DNA of 64,000 nt, from NCBI GenBank assembly GCA_947454525.1, contig CANGJM010000009.1, forward strand, positions 37,342-101,341. The letters run 5' to 3'. Position 1 is the first letter of the stretch. Each line of letters begins with the position of its first letter. A program made the position numbers and the translations under genes. Below the pieces are notes generated by a model that worked only from the letters and a program-made list of their open reading frames with translations, was not told the DNA's origin and did not search any database. Shown one piece after another: positions 18,333 to 29,393 of this stretch. Source of the stretch: Flavobacteriales bacterium. Its GTDB lineage: Bacteria; Bacteroidota; Bacteroidia; Flavobacteriales_D; Crocinitomicaceae.

Positions 18333-20132
18333 TTATTCGCCTTTCTCCATTTTTTGTTTCAATTCAGCCAATCCACCTAAATCACCTAATGTTGATTTTT
18401 CAGTATTTTGGTTGATTGCTTTCACTGCTTGATCAGTAGAGTTACCGTTTCCACTTCCTCCAGCTGATTTTTTACCAGCTTTCGTCATTGTTGGTTTGTC
18501 TTCACCTTCTTCAAACATACGTGTGTGAGAAAGAACAATTTTCTTCGCGTCTTTGTTGAATTCAATCACTTTAAAGTCAAGGATTTCTTCCATTTTCGCG
18601 TTAGAACCATCTTCTTTTTTCAAGTGTTTAGCAGGACAAATTCCTTCAACACCGTAAGGAAGAGCAACGATACCAGACTTATCTTTCATATCGATGATTG
18701 TTCCACTGTGTACAGTACCTTCAGCGAAAGTTGCTTCAAACACATCCCATGGATTTTCTTCCAATTGTTTGTGTCCTAAAGAAATACGACGGTTATCGCG
18801 ATCGATTTCTAAAACTACAACTTCCATTTCTTCTCCTACTTTACAGAATTCAGATGGATGTTTGATTTTCTTTTGCCAAGAAAGGTCAGAGATGTGAATT
18901 AATCCATCAACTCCTTCTTCTAACTCAACGAATACACCGAAGTTAGTGAAGTTACGAACTTTCGCCATGTGACGAGAAGATACAGCATATTTCACTTCGA
19001 TATCATTCCATGGATCTGGCATCAATTGTTTGATACCTAAAGACATTTTACGCTCTTCGCGGTCTAATGTCAAAACTACTGCTTCTACGCTATCTCCAAT
19101 TTTCATGAAGTCTTGTGCAGAACGTAAGTGTTGAGACCAGCTCATTTCAGAAACGTGAATTAATCCTTCAACACCAGCAGCGATTTCAATGAACGCACCG
19201 TAATCTGCCATAACAACAACTTTACCAGTTACTTTGTCACCAACAGCGATGTTTGTATCCAATGAATCCCACGGATGTGGTTGCAATTGTTTCAATCCTA
19301 AAGCGATGCGTTTTTTGTCATCGTCAAAGTCCAGAATAACTACATTGATTTTTTGATCCAATTCTAACATCTCTTCTGGATGCGAAACGCGTCCCCAAGA
19401 AAGGTCTGTAATGTGAATCAATCCATCTACACCACCTAAATCGATGAACACACCATAAGAAGTAATGTTTTTCACAATACCTTCTAATACTTGTCCTTTT
19501 TCTAATCCAGAGATGATTTGTTTTTTCTGCTCTTCTAATTCCGCTTCGATAAGCGCTTTGTGAGATACAACTACGTTACGGAACTCTTCATTGATTTTCA
19601 CAACTTTGAACTCCATGTTTTTACCTACGTAGATATCGTAATCACGAATTGGTTTCACATCAATTTGAGAACCTGGTAAGAATGCTTCGATACCAAATAC
19701 ATCAACGATTAATCCACCTTTCGTACGACATTTAACGAAACCAGTGATGATTTCACCTGTACGTAATACATCGTTCACACGAATCCATGCGCTGTGCATA
19801 CGTGCTGTACGGTGAGAAACAACTAGCTGACCAGTTTTGTCCTCGCGACACTCAACGTAAACATCTACTACATCTCCAATTTTTAAATCTGGATTGTAAC
19901 GGAATTCGTTCGCTGCAATAACACCTTCAGATTTGTAACCGATGTTCACGATTACTTCTTTCTTGTTTAATAATGCAACTGTACCTTGGATTACTTCTTT
20001 CTCATTGATAGAAGTTAAGGTTTTCTCGTAAACATCAGATAATTCTGATCTTTCGATTTTGGTATAGCCGTCTAATTGTAACGCTTCCCAATCAAAATCT
20101 GCAGCTCCCTGCATTTCAATATTCTTTGCCAT
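18333..20132 (-). CDS. rpsA: 30S ribosomal protein S1
   Basis: Six S1 repeats (G..v.G.V......G.fv.l..g.eGl.H.Se.s). Start moved to the ATG at 20132 (MAKNIEMQG...). The track start at 20186 adds 18 atypical residues. Confidence 0.9.
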   Translation of the reverse strand: MAKNIEMQGAADFDWEALQLDGYTKIERSELSDVYEKTLTSINEKEVIQGTVALLNKKEVIVNIGYKSEGVIAANEFRYNPDLKIGDVVDVYVECREDKTGQLVVSHRTARMHSAWIRVNDVLRTGEIITGFVKCRTKGGLIVDVFGIEAFLPGSQIDVKPIRDYDIYVGKNMEFKVVKINEEFRNVVVSHKALIEAELEEQKKQIISGLEKGQVLEGIVKNITSYGVFIDLGGVDGLIHITDLSWGRVSHPEEMLELDQKINVVILDFDDDKKRIALGLKQLQPHPWDSLDTNIAVGDKVTGKVVVMADYGAFIEIAAGVEGLIHVSEMSWSQHLRSAQDFMKIGDSVEAVVLTLDREERKMSLGIKQLMPDPWNDIEVKYAVSSRHMAKVRNFTNFGVFVELEEGVDGLIHISDLSWQKKIKHPSEFCKVGEEMEVVVLEIDRDNRRISLGHKQLEENPWDVFEATFAEGTVHSGTIIDMKDKSGIVALPYGVEGICPAKHLKKEDGSNAKMEEILDFKVIEFNKDAKKIVLSHTRMFEEGEDKPTMTKAGKKSAGGSGNGNSTDQAVKAINQNTEKSTLGDLGGLAELKQKMEKGE

Positions 20133-20227
20133 GTGGCTTAATAATTTGTATTTCAGAAGCCCTAATATTCCGAAAGGATGAAACATTTTTTGTTGTGATT
20201 AGGGCACAACTTCCTCTTTTGAGGGTG

Positions 20228-20235
20228 CAAATATA
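20228..20235 (-). promoter_or_regulatory. Candidate Bacteroidota -7 promoter box (TATATTTG) for rpsA
   Basis: The minus strand reads TATATTTG, a perfect match to the TAnnTTTG consensus, about 95 nt upstream of the rpsA ATG. The leader contains an 8-bp inverted repeat, gccctaat/attagggc. Confidence 0.3.
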
Positions 20236-20315
20236 GCAATAATTCCTTTAAAACATGGGATTTTATCAATTCACATGAAACTTTCTGACATTCTTTCAAT
20301 CCGCTCGAATCAATT

Positions 20316-20897
20316 TTAGTTATCTGCGATATTTTTTGGGAAAATCGAGAAGGTCTTAAATTGCTCTCCTTGAAAACTCATACAGGTTTTCCAAAGCTTG
20401 TCCGTTTGCGTGAAAAACAGGGTTTCTAAACTTAAATTCGTTGTGCTGATCCAAGAACGCTCCTTGATTTCTTGTGCTAATTGTCCTTTTCCCCAACCTG
20501 AATAACCAAGGAAAAAACGGATGTTCACAAGGATTTTCGGGTCGATTTCGATCATCTCCAATAACTCTGCGAGATCACCTCCATAGAATAAGCCAGGAAG
20601 GATTTCCTCGCTGGAATCAATGCCTGGGATGGTGTGCAAGTAGAACAAAGTATTGTTGGCAACTGGACCTCCCAGGTATACCGGAATGGAAGCAGGCGCG
20701 ATGTCCATCAGGTCTTTTAAGTGCACCGCAGCTTGATGATTTAAGACAAATCCAAACGATTCAGCATCCGAATGTTCGCACATTAAAACGACTGAACGTT
20801 CGAAATGCGGATCCTGGAGAAAAGGTTCCGACAATAGAACGCTTCCTTTGGAAGGAAGAATTCCATTGATAAATTCGATGGTTTCTTTGAGTTTCAT
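20316..20897 (-). CDS. YqgE/AlgH-family protein (UPF0301)
   Basis: GSVLLSEPFLQDPHFERSVVLMCEHSDAESFGFVLN and FFLGYSGWGKGQL are family signatures. The ATG at 20897 is preferred over the TTG at 20912. Confidence 0.75.
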   Translation of the reverse strand: MKLKETIEFINGILPSKGSVLLSEPFLQDPHFERSVVLMCEHSDAESFGFVLNHQAAVHLKDLMDIAPASIPVYLGGPVANNTLFYLHTIPGIDSSEEILPGLFYGGDLAELLEMIEIDPKILVNIRFFLGYSGWGKGQLAQEIKERSWISTTNLSLETLFFTQTDKLWKTCMSFQGEQFKTFSIFPKNIADN

Positions 20898-21106
20898 AGT
20901 TGATTTAATCAAACGAACTTACTCAATAAATATTTGATTTCTGATTCATTTTTTATGAAATATTTGTGCTTTTTTTAATAGGAGCTGAACTTTGAGTTAT
21001 GCTCAAATCAATTAAAGGAATTAACTTTGGAGGCAATTACGTTTGTTTTGCTCATGAACTTCACTTGAACGAACAAACACTAAATGAATGACCACAGCAC
21101 ACAATT

Positions 21107-22480
21107 ATGGCTCAAAAACCAGCAATACCAAAGGGAACAAGGGATTTTTTACCAAATGAGGTAGCGAAAAGAACCTACTTATTTGAATCCATAAAAACGG
21201 TTTTTAAACGGTATGGATTTGCACCAATTGAAACACCAAGTTTTGAGCTTTCCAGCACACTCATGGGTAAATATGGTGAAGAGGGTGATCGCTTGATTTT
21301 CCGAATCCTAAATTCTGGTGAGAAAATGCGCAAGGCAGATTTAGAGGCACTTGCGAATGACAATTTACCGAAATTCGCTTCGTCGCTTGCTGAAAAAGCA
21401 CTGCGCTACGATTTAACGGTGCCTTTTGCGCGCTTTGTGGTTCAACACCAACACGAACTGACTTTTCCGTTTAAACGCTTTCAAATTCAACCAGTGTGGA
21501 GAGCGGATCGTCCACAGCACGGTAGATACCAAGAGTTCTTTCAATGTGATGCGGATGTCGTGGGCTCGGATTCCTTACTTTGTGAGGTGGAATTGATTCA
21601 AATTTTTGATGATGTCCTCACACATTTGAATATCCCTTCGTTTTCCATCAAACTGAATAACCGCAAGATTTTAAGTGGAATCGCTGAAGTTTGTGGTGAA
21701 GCTGATCGCATTATTGATTTGACCGTTGCCATTGATAAACTAGATAAAATAGGCGAGGAGGGAGTTTTGAACGAACTTTCTCAAAAAGGAATCAGTGATT
21801 CAGCCGTTGAGAAAATTAAACCGCTCTTTCAATTTGCGGGAAGTAATCAGGAAAAGCTTCAACTCATGCGTTCGTATCTTGCGAATTCCGAAGTTGGAAT
21901 GAAAGGAATTGAAGAGTTGGAATACGTAATGAACATTGTTGATTCAATGGGACTTAAGCGTGCTGATTTAGAGTTTGACTTAACATTGGCGCGTGGATTG
22001 AATTATTATACTGGAGCTATTTTTGAAGTGAAAGCAAACAATGTGAACATGGGCTCTATTTGTGGTGGTGGACGTTACGATGATTTAACAGGACTTTTCG
22101 GTTTGAAAGGTTTGTCCGGCGTAGGAATTTCGTTCGGTGCTGACCGCATCTACGATGTGATGACGGAATTAAATTTGTTTCCAGCGTCTGTAACCAAAGG
22201 ACTAAAAGTACTTTTTATAAACTTCGGAGAGTCGGAAGTGTCTACCTGTTTAACTTTAGCACGAGAATTACGTGAAAACGATATTGATTGTGAGGTTTAT
22301 CCAAGCGCTGCAAAGATTCAAAAGCAAATGAAATATGCGAATGATCGCTCTGTTCAATATGTCGTGCTCTTGGGCGAAGAAGAATTAAAAGCTAAAAACC
22401 TCATTCTAAAAAATATGTCAACAGGTGAGCAAGAAACGCTTGACTACGGATCATTTACAACTAAACTATTGAGCTTATGA
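21107..22480 (+). CDS. hisS: Histidine--tRNA ligase
   Basis: PKGTRDFLP, class II motifs ([26 protein letters not shown]) and a C-terminal anticodon-binding domain. 457 aa. Confidence 0.95.
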   Translation: MAQKPAIPKGTRDFLPNEVAKRTYLFESIKTVFKRYGFAPIETPSFELSSTLMGKYGEEGDRLIFRILNSGEKMRKADLEALANDNLPKFASSLAEKALRYDLTVPFARFVVQHQHELTFPFKRFQIQPVWRADRPQHGRYQEFFQCDADVVGSDSLLCEVELIQIFDDVLTHLNIPSFSIKLNNRKILSGIAEVCGEADRIIDLTVAIDKLDKIGEEGVLNELSQKGISDSAVEKIKPLFQFAGSNQEKLQLMRSYLANSEVGMKGIEELEYVMNIVDSMGLKRADLEFDLTLARGLNYYTGAIFEVKANNVNMGSICGGGRYDDLTGLFGLKGLSGVGISFGADRIYDVMTELNLFPASVTKGLKVLFINFGESEVSTCLTLARELRENDIDCEVYPSAAKIQKQMKYANDRSVQYVVLLGEEELKAKNLILKNMSTGEQETLDYGSFTTKLLSL

Positions 22481-22764
22481 AAGTATTTTTTGTCTTAATA
22501 ACATCTTTAACCTTGTTCGCATGTGGTGCGTCAAGTACAAAAGGAAAATGGAACGAGGAAGATCGAAAAGAAGCATTGAAAGATGTGAAAGAATTCTCTA
22601 GTGCCTTGGAAACAGTTGGATCAGCAAAGGACCAATGTTTTGACTGTTACATCGATAGTTTAGAGAAAATCTATGATAACTACGATTCTGCAAAGAAATT
22701 GAACGAAGATGATCGTTTAAGTATCCTAATGGATTGCGCGATTCAATACATCCATTTCGATTAA
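22477..22764 (+). CDS. Small hypothetical lipoprotein
   Basis: [20 protein letters not shown] contains a lipobox (LFAC). The start overlaps the hisS stop (ATGA). No recognisable domain. Confidence 0.45.
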   Translation: MKVFFVLITSLTLFACGASSTKGKWNEEDRKEALKDVKEFSSALETVGSAKDQCFDCYIDSLEKIYDNYDSAKKLNEDDRLSILMDCAIQYIHFD

Positions 22765-22772
22765 AAAAAATC

Positions 22773-22819
22773 ACCACAAAAAAAAGTCCCGACAGAAACG
22801 TCGGGACTTTTTTTTGTGG
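22773..22819. terminator. Bidirectional rho-independent terminator between convergent genes
   Basis: ccacaaaaaaaagtcccgac agaaac gtcgggacttttttttgtgg: a 9-bp GC-rich stem flanked by an A-run and a T-run, so it is symmetric on both strands. Confidence 0.75.
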
Positions 22820-22836
22820 TCTACTATCCTAGTATC

Positions 22837-24873
22837 TTACCAGATCTTAGCGATTTTCTTCGCATCGTTGCGCATCACTCGTCCTTCTTTGACATCAAAT
22901 GCTTCGAAGAATTCTGGACAATTTTTCAATGGACCATTCACGCGATACATTCCAGGTGAATGAGGATCATTCGCAATGCGATTTTTCATTTCCTCATCCG
23001 TGTACTTGATTTTCCATAATTGAGCGTAGGCGATAAAGAAGCGTTGTGCTGGCGTAAATCCTTCACGAACTTCGTTTGCCTTGTACTCAGCGGTTCTTTT
23101 GTACGCATAGAACGCCATAGTGAGTCCACCAAGGTCTGCGATATTCTCTCCCATGGTCAATTCTGGATTCACACATTGATCTTCCATCGGACAAAATGCT
23201 GCGAATGTTTCACCAAGAATTTTCGTTTTTTCACCGAAAGATTGTAAGTCTTCTTCTGTCCACCAATTTTTAAACGAACCATCAGCCGCAAACTTTGCTC
23301 CCATGTCGTCAAATCCATGTGTAAATTCGTGACCGATAACCATTCCAATTCGACCATAATTTACTGCGTCTTCTGATTTCTCATCAAAAAACGGTGCTTG
23401 CATGATTCCCGCTGGGAAAGCGATTTCATTCAAAAGTGGGTGGTAGTAAGCGTTCACCATGTGTGCAGGCATTCCCCATTTTTCTTTGTCCACGTCTTTC
23501 TTTAAGTCAGCAAAGTTTTTACGCACGCTAAAACGGTTCATTTCTTTCACATTCGCCAAGTAATTGTCAGAAGAGAAATTTAAGCTTGAATAATCTTCCC
23601 ATTTATCCGGGAATCCAAGTTTGCGTCCTATAGAGGACAGTTTGTTCAATGCTTCTTGTTTCGTAGCATCTGACATCCAATCCAAGTTTTGAATGCGTTC
23701 CTTGAAAACAGCCAATAAATTATCGACCATTTCATTTACACGTGCTTGTGCTTCTTTGGAGAAGTGTCTTTCGACGAATGCTTTTCCAAGTAATTCTCCA
23801 ATTTCGATGTTCGTAATTTCATCAATCGCCTTTTCGTTTAACGGTTTTTGAACTTTTTTACCGCTTAACGTTGTCCCATAAAAATCAAAGTTCAGTGCGA
23901 CAAATTGCTCATTTAAACTTCCTGCATAATGGTTTAATACATTCCATTTTAGGTAGTTTTTCCAGGTTGAAATCGATTCAGCTTCGAGCATTTCTGCAAC
24001 TTTTTTCAGGTAGCTTGGATTGCTGACGATAATGGTGTCAGGAATTTGGCAACCAACTGTTGAGAAATAATAACGAAGATCAAAAGATCCCAACAAGTTG
24101 ATGGTTTCCTTCAAGCTTTTTTTGTTGTATGTTTTCTCAGGAATTCTCATTTCTGCTGGACTCATCATGGATTCTGCCAGTTTTGTTTCGAATCCAACGA
24201 TTTCCTCACTCATTTTCTGCGCTTGTTCGGTTTCGTAACCAAGAAGAGTAAACGACTTTGTGATGTGTTTTTTATAGGCTTGAAGAATTTCTTTTTTGTT
24301 TTCTGTCAAGTAATAGTCCTTGTTTGGTAAGCCAATTCCACCTTGCCCCATGTAAGCAGCGTTCTTTGTGACATTTTTCATGTCTTGTCCAACGCCAAAA
24401 CCAAAAACGGAACCAATTCCATCGCGGTGATTCATGGCGATTGAAGTGACGATAAAGTCCTTTCTATTAATGGAATCAATGCGACTTAATTCTGCTTTTA
24501 TTCCAGATAATCCCAATTGATTTCTACGCTCCATATTCATGAAAGAAGCGTAGTAAGATCCAAGCAATTGATTTTGAGATCCTTTTGCTCCTTGATTCGC
24601 TTTCGCATCCTCCAGAATGGACGTTAATTTCTTTTTGTTTTCTTGATCCAATTCATTGAAACTTCCCCAGCGAGATTCGGATGCAGGAATTTCATTGTTT
24701 TTCACCCAGTTTCCATTCGCAAAAAGAAAGAAATCATCTTGTGGTTTGATGGTCTGGTCTAGATAGTCCATGCTGATGGTGTTGAAATTCCCACTAGAAA
24801 GGGAAACTTCTTTTTTTGCGCAAGAGCTGATTAAAATTAAACTCGAAACAGCAAGTAAACTTTTGTGTAACAT
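22837..24873 (-). CDS. M13-family zinc metallopeptidase (PepO/neprilysin-like) lipoprotein
   Basis: HEFTHGFD (HExxH), ENIADLGG and NAYY motifs. Lipoprotein signal LILISSCAKK. 678 aa. Confidence 0.9.
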   Translation of the reverse strand: MLHKSLLAVSSLILISSCAKKEVSLSSGNFNTISMDYLDQTIKPQDDFFLFANGNWVKNNEIPASESRWGSFNELDQENKKKLTSILEDAKANQGAKGSQNQLLGSYYASFMNMERRNQLGLSGIKAELSRIDSINRKDFIVTSIAMNHRDGIGSVFGFGVGQDMKNVTKNAAYMGQGGIGLPNKDYYLTENKKEILQAYKKHITKSFTLLGYETEQAQKMSEEIVGFETKLAESMMSPAEMRIPEKTYNKKSLKETINLLGSFDLRYYFSTVGCQIPDTIIVSNPSYLKKVAEMLEAESISTWKNYLKWNVLNHYAGSLNEQFVALNFDFYGTTLSGKKVQKPLNEKAIDEITNIEIGELLGKAFVERHFSKEAQARVNEMVDNLLAVFKERIQNLDWMSDATKQEALNKLSSIGRKLGFPDKWEDYSSLNFSSDNYLANVKEMNRFSVRKNFADLKKDVDKEKWGMPAHMVNAYYHPLLNEIAFPAGIMQAPFFDEKSEDAVNYGRIGMVIGHEFTHGFDDMGAKFAADGSFKNWWTEEDLQSFGEKTKILGETFAAFCPMEDQCVNPELTMGENIADLGGLTMAFYAYKRTAEYKANEVREGFTPAQRFFIAYAQLWKIKYTDEEMKNRIANDPHSPGMYRVNGPLKNCPEFFEAFDVKEGRVMRNDAKKIAKIW

Positions 24874-24878
24874 GTGTA

Positions 24879-25337
24879 TTAATTAAGAGGTGTATATAAC
24901 ATTTCAACGTGTGGAATTCCATCTTCTTCGTAGTTCTTTCCTGTCGAGAAGAATAAATGACCGTTGTAAAATCGTTCGAGGTGTTTTTGTGCGGAAATCC
25001 GAACTGGGACTCTTCCAAATTCTTTTTCGCAAAAAGCCATGCATTTGTTCATGAGTTCGTGTCCTTGTCCGTTCCCACGAAGTTCTTCTTGCAGGACAAC
25101 TCTACCGATAGATACTTCACCGTATGAAATTCCGGGAGGAAGAATACGTGCAGTTGCGACAATGTTCCCCATGCCATCACGACAAATTAAGTGGTAACAT
25201 TTTTTATCCTTTCCATCAAGGTCTTGGTAAATGCAATTTTGTTCAACGACGAATGTTTTGAGTCTAACTGCTACGATATCATGAAACTCGACGACGCTGA
25301 GCTCATTAAAGTGTTTGCATTGAAAATTTAAATTCAT
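24879..25337 (-). CDS. GNAT-family N-acetyltransferase (ElaA-like)
   Basis: 152 aa with the acetyl-CoA-binding motif VVLQEELRGNGQGHELM. Confidence 0.7.
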   Translation of the reverse strand: MNLNFQCKHFNELSVVEFHDIVAVRLKTFVVEQNCIYQDLDGKDKKCYHLICRDGMGNIVATARILPPGISYGEVSIGRVVLQEELRGNGQGHELMNKCMAFCEKEFGRVPVRISAQKHLERFYNGHLFFSTGKNYEEDGIPHVEMLYTPLN

Positions 25338-25358
25338 GGCCTAAAATTAGCGCTTTTT

Positions 25359-25958
25359 TTAGTTGACCGTTCGCAAGAGACTCGAATTTACGAGTTGATC
25401 CGGCGAAATCATGGGTTCCTCGTATGGAATATCGTTTCCGTAACGTTCCTTCATGATTTTGCGAACAATCGGACCATCGATGTTAAATTCCCTCAGTGCT
25501 TTTGGATTCGCTAGTTTGATGTGACACGCATTCCAGTAACCTTTGTAGACTAATTCAGAACAGTACATTTCTTTATCGGACCAATTGAATTTACCATCGT
25601 AATTTTTACCAAATTGTTCGACGGTATAACTTTTCAAGGCTTTTATTGCAGTTTCGCTTAAGAGTAAGGAGTCTTTCAATCGTTTCACAACGAATTCTCC
25701 ATTGACACCACTTTCAATCCATTCGTCCAAACGACGCTTGCCGACAGGTTGAACAGCTTCATAAACATAGGCTACATTGTTTTCATAAAAGATGATGCCA
25801 CAATGGGAGTAAGGTGATTGAGTCGCTTCCTCAATTGCTGCGCTTTGTCGCGATGGCGAGGATTGAAAAATAAGATCTCCATCACGGTATTGTTGTGAAC
25901 AAGCCGATAAAGGCAAAACAATCAAGAATAGGTAAAAGAAGTGTTTCATTTTTCTCAT
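25359..25958 (-). CDS. YiiX-family permuted papain-like (NlpC/P60 superfamily) lipoprotein
   Basis: Lipobox LPLSACSQ. The pattern DGDLIFQSS...SPYSHCGIIF...EMYCSELVYK is typical of YiiX/DUF830. Confidence 0.55.
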   Translation of the reverse strand: MRKMKHFFYLFLIVLPLSACSQQYRDGDLIFQSSPSRQSAAIEEATQSPYSHCGIIFYENNVAYVYEAVQPVGKRRLDEWIESGVNGEFVVKRLKDSLLLSETAIKALKSYTVEQFGKNYDGKFNWSDKEMYCSELVYKGYWNACHIKLANPKALREFNIDGPIVRKIMKERYGNDIPYEEPMISPDQLVNSSLLRTVN

Positions 25959-28037
25959 TTAATAAGAACCAAAATACCTTCTCAGGAACCATTCCCCGGC
26001 TAGCATTAAGAACAACAAAGCAAAAGCGATCAAATAATCGAGCAAATCATCAAAGGTGTGATCCTCATATGTGACGGTTGCAATGTCGTTTCGCTTTGCC
26101 AATTCATCCAACATGCTTCGGTAGGAGGAAAGCGAATGGAAAGAACCATTCGATTGTTTGGACAGTTGTTTTAACGTGCCATGATTCGCAAAGGATTCTA
26201 ATTTTTCTAATTGAATTTCCTCCACGATGAATTCTCCCGTCTTTAGGTATTTCTTGCCGTTAAACGTGGTACTTGCTTTCCAAGAATACTTCCCTGGATT
26301 CAATTTCCCTTGGTTCAATTTGTACACACTACCTGCAATGGCAAATTGAGATTTGTATTGTTTTCCTTTATCGCTCGTGAGAACGAAGTCGATTTTAGGT
26401 CCAGTGATTGGTTCCATGGAGGCATTGTAGAAGGATGCTGTGACAATCAGTTCCTCTTCGCTGTTCATGCGTTTCGGTAGTTGGACACGCAATCCCATGC
26501 CTTGGTTTTTTACCATCAAATAATTCGCGATTTTCCCAATAAATTCATTGAAAACATCATGGTTTTGATGACGAATGAAATCATTCAGTCTCCAACGCCA
26601 GATTCCTTCTCCAAAGATGACACCGTTCTTCACTTTCTCTCCTTTCGTGAAAAAGAGCAGTGGATCATTCTTTTTAATTTGGCCAATCCTTTGAAATAAC
26701 AAGATTTCCGCACTTGGATCCACTTTAATTGCGCCAAACTTTGCGGTCAACGGTGGGAGGAAATCAATGGAGGATTTGCACGCTTCACTTAATTCGAATG
26801 CGTTAAACCCGCTATTGAAAGTTGGTTCTAGTTCTTCCGATTGACTAGAACTACTGGATTTTAAGCCTATGGACAATTTCGCAATTTCATTCGCATCCGT
26901 TTGTTGTCCAATCACATATAGAATAGGAATTCCAGCTGAACGTAGGCGTTGGTGTTGAGCTGGATCAAATTGAATTCCCGGCTCATGCCAGATGACCAAG
27001 TCCACCTTGTTGATGCTCTGATCCCAATCCTTCAGCATCATGCTTTTTACTTCGTAATTTTCATTGCGCTCCAACACATCTTTGAACGCACTCATGTCCG
27101 GATGCGGCGCGGCAGAGAGTAAAAGTATTTTACTTCGTGCATCGACGACTTCGATGTAAAAATTCCTGCGGTTATTTTTGATTGAATATTCACCATTCAG
27201 ATTGGAAATGACAGCGGTATAAGACTGAACTCCGACCTTATCTGCTTTCAACTGAAAATCTACCTGTTTAAAGTTCTTTTTCTGATTTCCGTAAGCAATA
27301 GTTTGACTTGCTACTGTTTTTCCATTGTGCAAAATGCTTACAGTTGCACTTTTTCCCGCTAGTTTAAAGGATTCAATATCCACTTCGACAGGGAAGTCGT
27401 TGTTTAAATAAGCCAAATCATTTGCCGACACATTTTTCACAAAATGATCTCTTTTCGGCGTTGTATCTCCAACTGCCAAAGTGAATACCGGTGTCAGATT
27501 TAATTTTTCAGCTGCATAGCTTGGATTCGATCCAACATTGTAATTTCCATCTGAAATCAAGGCAACACCACCGACGTTTCGGTTGTAAAACTGTGTATTG
27601 ATGGCTTCAAATCCAAGTTCAAGGTTTGTGCTTTTTTCGTTAAATTGAATTTGATTTGTTCCCTGCTCGCTTCCAATCGTCCATTCAATGAGTTCAAATT
27701 GATCAACGTAACGTTCGGTCAATTCCTTGCGGTAATTTTCGAGATTTTTATCCACGGACGAACTATCCTTGAAGTTTTTCATTGAGGATGAATTATCCAC
27801 AAGTGTGATAAAAATAGGTTTCTCATCGCGAAAATGCGTTGCTTCGAAAACAAGACCTAGTAACAATACTCCAATTAAAAACAGTGAGGAAAAGCGCAAC
27901 GATTTCATCAGTGTCTTTTTCCATCCGGCTAAATCGGTGAACCAACTCACTTTTTGGTAATAAAAATAAGTCAACACAAAGGATAAAAGTCCAATCGGAA
28001 CAAGCCACCAAAGCGAGAAATCTGTGAGTAAATGCAT
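25959..28037 (-). CDS. Membrane protein with a vWA-like (MIDAS DxSxS) segment
   Basis: N-terminal TM helices (LWWLVPIGLLSFVLTYFYY; FSSLFLIGVLLLGLVF) are followed by ITLVDNSSSM, and there is a C-terminal TM helix. I prefer the ATG at 28037, because the track start at 28139 abuts the divergent thiolase ATG and leaves no promoter space. Confidence 0.4.
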   Translation of the reverse strand: MHLLTDFSLWWLVPIGLLSFVLTYFYYQKVSWFTDLAGWKKTLMKSLRFSSLFLIGVLLLGLVFEATHFRDEKPIFITLVDNSSSMKNFKDSSSVDKNLENYRKELTERYVDQFELIEWTIGSEQGTNQIQFNEKSTNLELGFEAINTQFYNRNVGGVALISDGNYNVGSNPSYAAEKLNLTPVFTLAVGDTTPKRDHFVKNVSANDLAYLNNDFPVEVDIESFKLAGKSATVSILHNGKTVASQTIAYGNQKKNFKQVDFQLKADKVGVQSYTAVISNLNGEYSIKNNRRNFYIEVVDARSKILLLSAAPHPDMSAFKDVLERNENYEVKSMMLKDWDQSINKVDLVIWHEPGIQFDPAQHQRLRSAGIPILYVIGQQTDANEIAKLSIGLKSSSSSQSEELEPTFNSGFNAFELSEACKSSIDFLPPLTAKFGAIKVDPSAEILLFQRIGQIKKNDPLLFFTKGEKVKNGVIFGEGIWRWRLNDFIRHQNHDVFNEFIGKIANYLMVKNQGMGLRVQLPKRMNSEEELIVTASFYNASMEPITGPKIDFVLTSDKGKQYKSQFAIAGSVYKLNQGKLNPGKYSWKASTTFNGKKYLKTGEFIVEEIQLEKLESFANHGTLKQLSKQSNGSFHSLSSYRSMLDELAKRNDIATVTYEDHTFDDLLDYLIAFALLFLMLAGEWFLRRYFGSY

Positions 28038-28139
28038 GGCTTCAAAAATAAGGACAATTCCGGAAATGTCGCGATTTCTTTTCTGTTTAAAATCAAATTC
28101 AAAAAAGGAATCCGTAAATTCGTGAAAATTTTCAAGCAT

Positions 28140-29318
28140 ATGTCAAAAACAGTTTACATCGTTGCTGCGGCAAGAACTCCAATGGGAGCATTCATGGGCG
28201 GCTTATCAAGCATTCCTGCAACCCAATTAGGATCTGTAGCAATCAAAGGAGCATTAGAAAAAGGAAACGTAGATGCAAGCATCATTGATGAAGTATTTAT
28301 GGGGAATGTACTACAAGCTGGAGTTGGTCAAGCACCGGCTCGTCAAGCAGCTCTTGGTGCTGGACTAGGAAATAATGTTCCATGTACAACCGTAAACAAA
28401 GTATGTGCATCCGGAATGAAAGCGATTATGCTAGGAGCACAATCCATTCTTGCTGGTGATAACCACGTGGTTGTGGCAGGTGGAATGGAGAACATGTCTC
28501 AAGTTCCACATTACCTAGATGGACGTAACGGAGTGAAATTCGGAAACATTGCGATGTTAGACGGAATCACGAAAGATGGACTTTTAGATGTGTACAGCAA
28601 AGTGCCAATGGGTAACTGTGCTGAATTATGTGCGAAAGAACACAATATTACACGTGAGGATCAAGATCAATTCGCTGTGGATTCCTACACAAAAGCTGCA
28701 AATGCTTGGAATGCAGGTCGATTCAATAATGAGATTGTTGCTGTTTCCGTTCCTCAACGTAAAGGAGATCCAATCATGGTTTCGGAAGATGAAGAATATA
28801 AAAACGTCTTTTTAGATAAAATTCCATCCTTGCGTCCTGCGTTTGACAAAGAAGGAACGATCACTGCTGCGAATGCATCAACATTAAACGATGGAGCTTC
28901 AGCATTGGTTTTAGCTTCGGAAGAAGCAGTTGCGAAATTTGGTTTGACACCAATCGCGAAAATCGTTAGTTACGCAGATGCAGCACAAGCACCAGAATGG
29001 TTTACAACTGCGCCTTCATTGGCAATTCCGAAAGCGTTAGCAAAAGCAAACTTGACGGTTGCAGATGTTGATTTCTGGGAATTGAACGAAGCGTTTGCTG
29101 TTGTTGGTATTGCTAACACGAAAATTCTTGGACTAGATCCAGCGAAGGTTGATGTAAACGGTGGTGCAGTAGCACTTGGACACCCACTTGGGAATTCAGG
29201 TTCACGTGTAATTGTTACCTTAATCAACGTATTAAAACAAAACAATGCAAAAATTGGTGGAGCTGGAATTTGTAACGGTGGTGGAGGTGCATCCGCAATA
29301 ATCATCGAGAACATCTAA
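28140..29318 (+). CDS. Acetyl-CoA C-acetyltransferase (thiolase II)
   Basis: MSKTVYIVAAARTPMG, active-site VNKVCASGMKA, NGGAVALGHPLGNSG and GICNGGGGA. Start taken at the ATG at 28140. 392 aa. Confidence 0.9.
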   Translation: MSKTVYIVAAARTPMGAFMGGLSSIPATQLGSVAIKGALEKGNVDASIIDEVFMGNVLQAGVGQAPARQAALGAGLGNNVPCTTVNKVCASGMKAIMLGAQSILAGDNHVVVAGGMENMSQVPHYLDGRNGVKFGNIAMLDGITKDGLLDVYSKVPMGNCAELCAKEHNITREDQDQFAVDSYTKAANAWNAGRFNNEIVAVSVPQRKGDPIMVSEDEEYKNVFLDKIPSLRPAFDKEGTITAANASTLNDGASALVLASEEAVAKFGLTPIAKIVSYADAAQAPEWFTTAPSLAIPKALAKANLTVADVDFWELNEAFAVVGIANTKILGLDPAKVDVNGGAVALGHPLGNSGSRVIVTLINVLKQNNAKIGGAGICNGGGGASAIIIENI

Positions 29319-29348
29319 AAAACAGAATCATCTAAATTCATTTAAAAG

Positions 29349-29374
29349 GGCAGGAGTTTATCCTGCCTTTTTTG
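29349..29374 (+). terminator. Rho-independent terminator after the thiolase gene
   Basis: ggcagga gttta tcctgcc followed by a T7 run. Confidence 0.7.
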
Positions 29375-29393
29375 TTTTTTGTATTTTTATTGA

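Noticed and set aside
28038-28139. The upstream ATG at 28139 as the start of the vWA-like membrane protein.
   Set aside because: It would place two divergent start codons back to back (28139 and 28140). The extra 34 residues are hydrophilic and precede the obvious first TM helix, so the ATG at 28037 is preferred. The choice is not certain.
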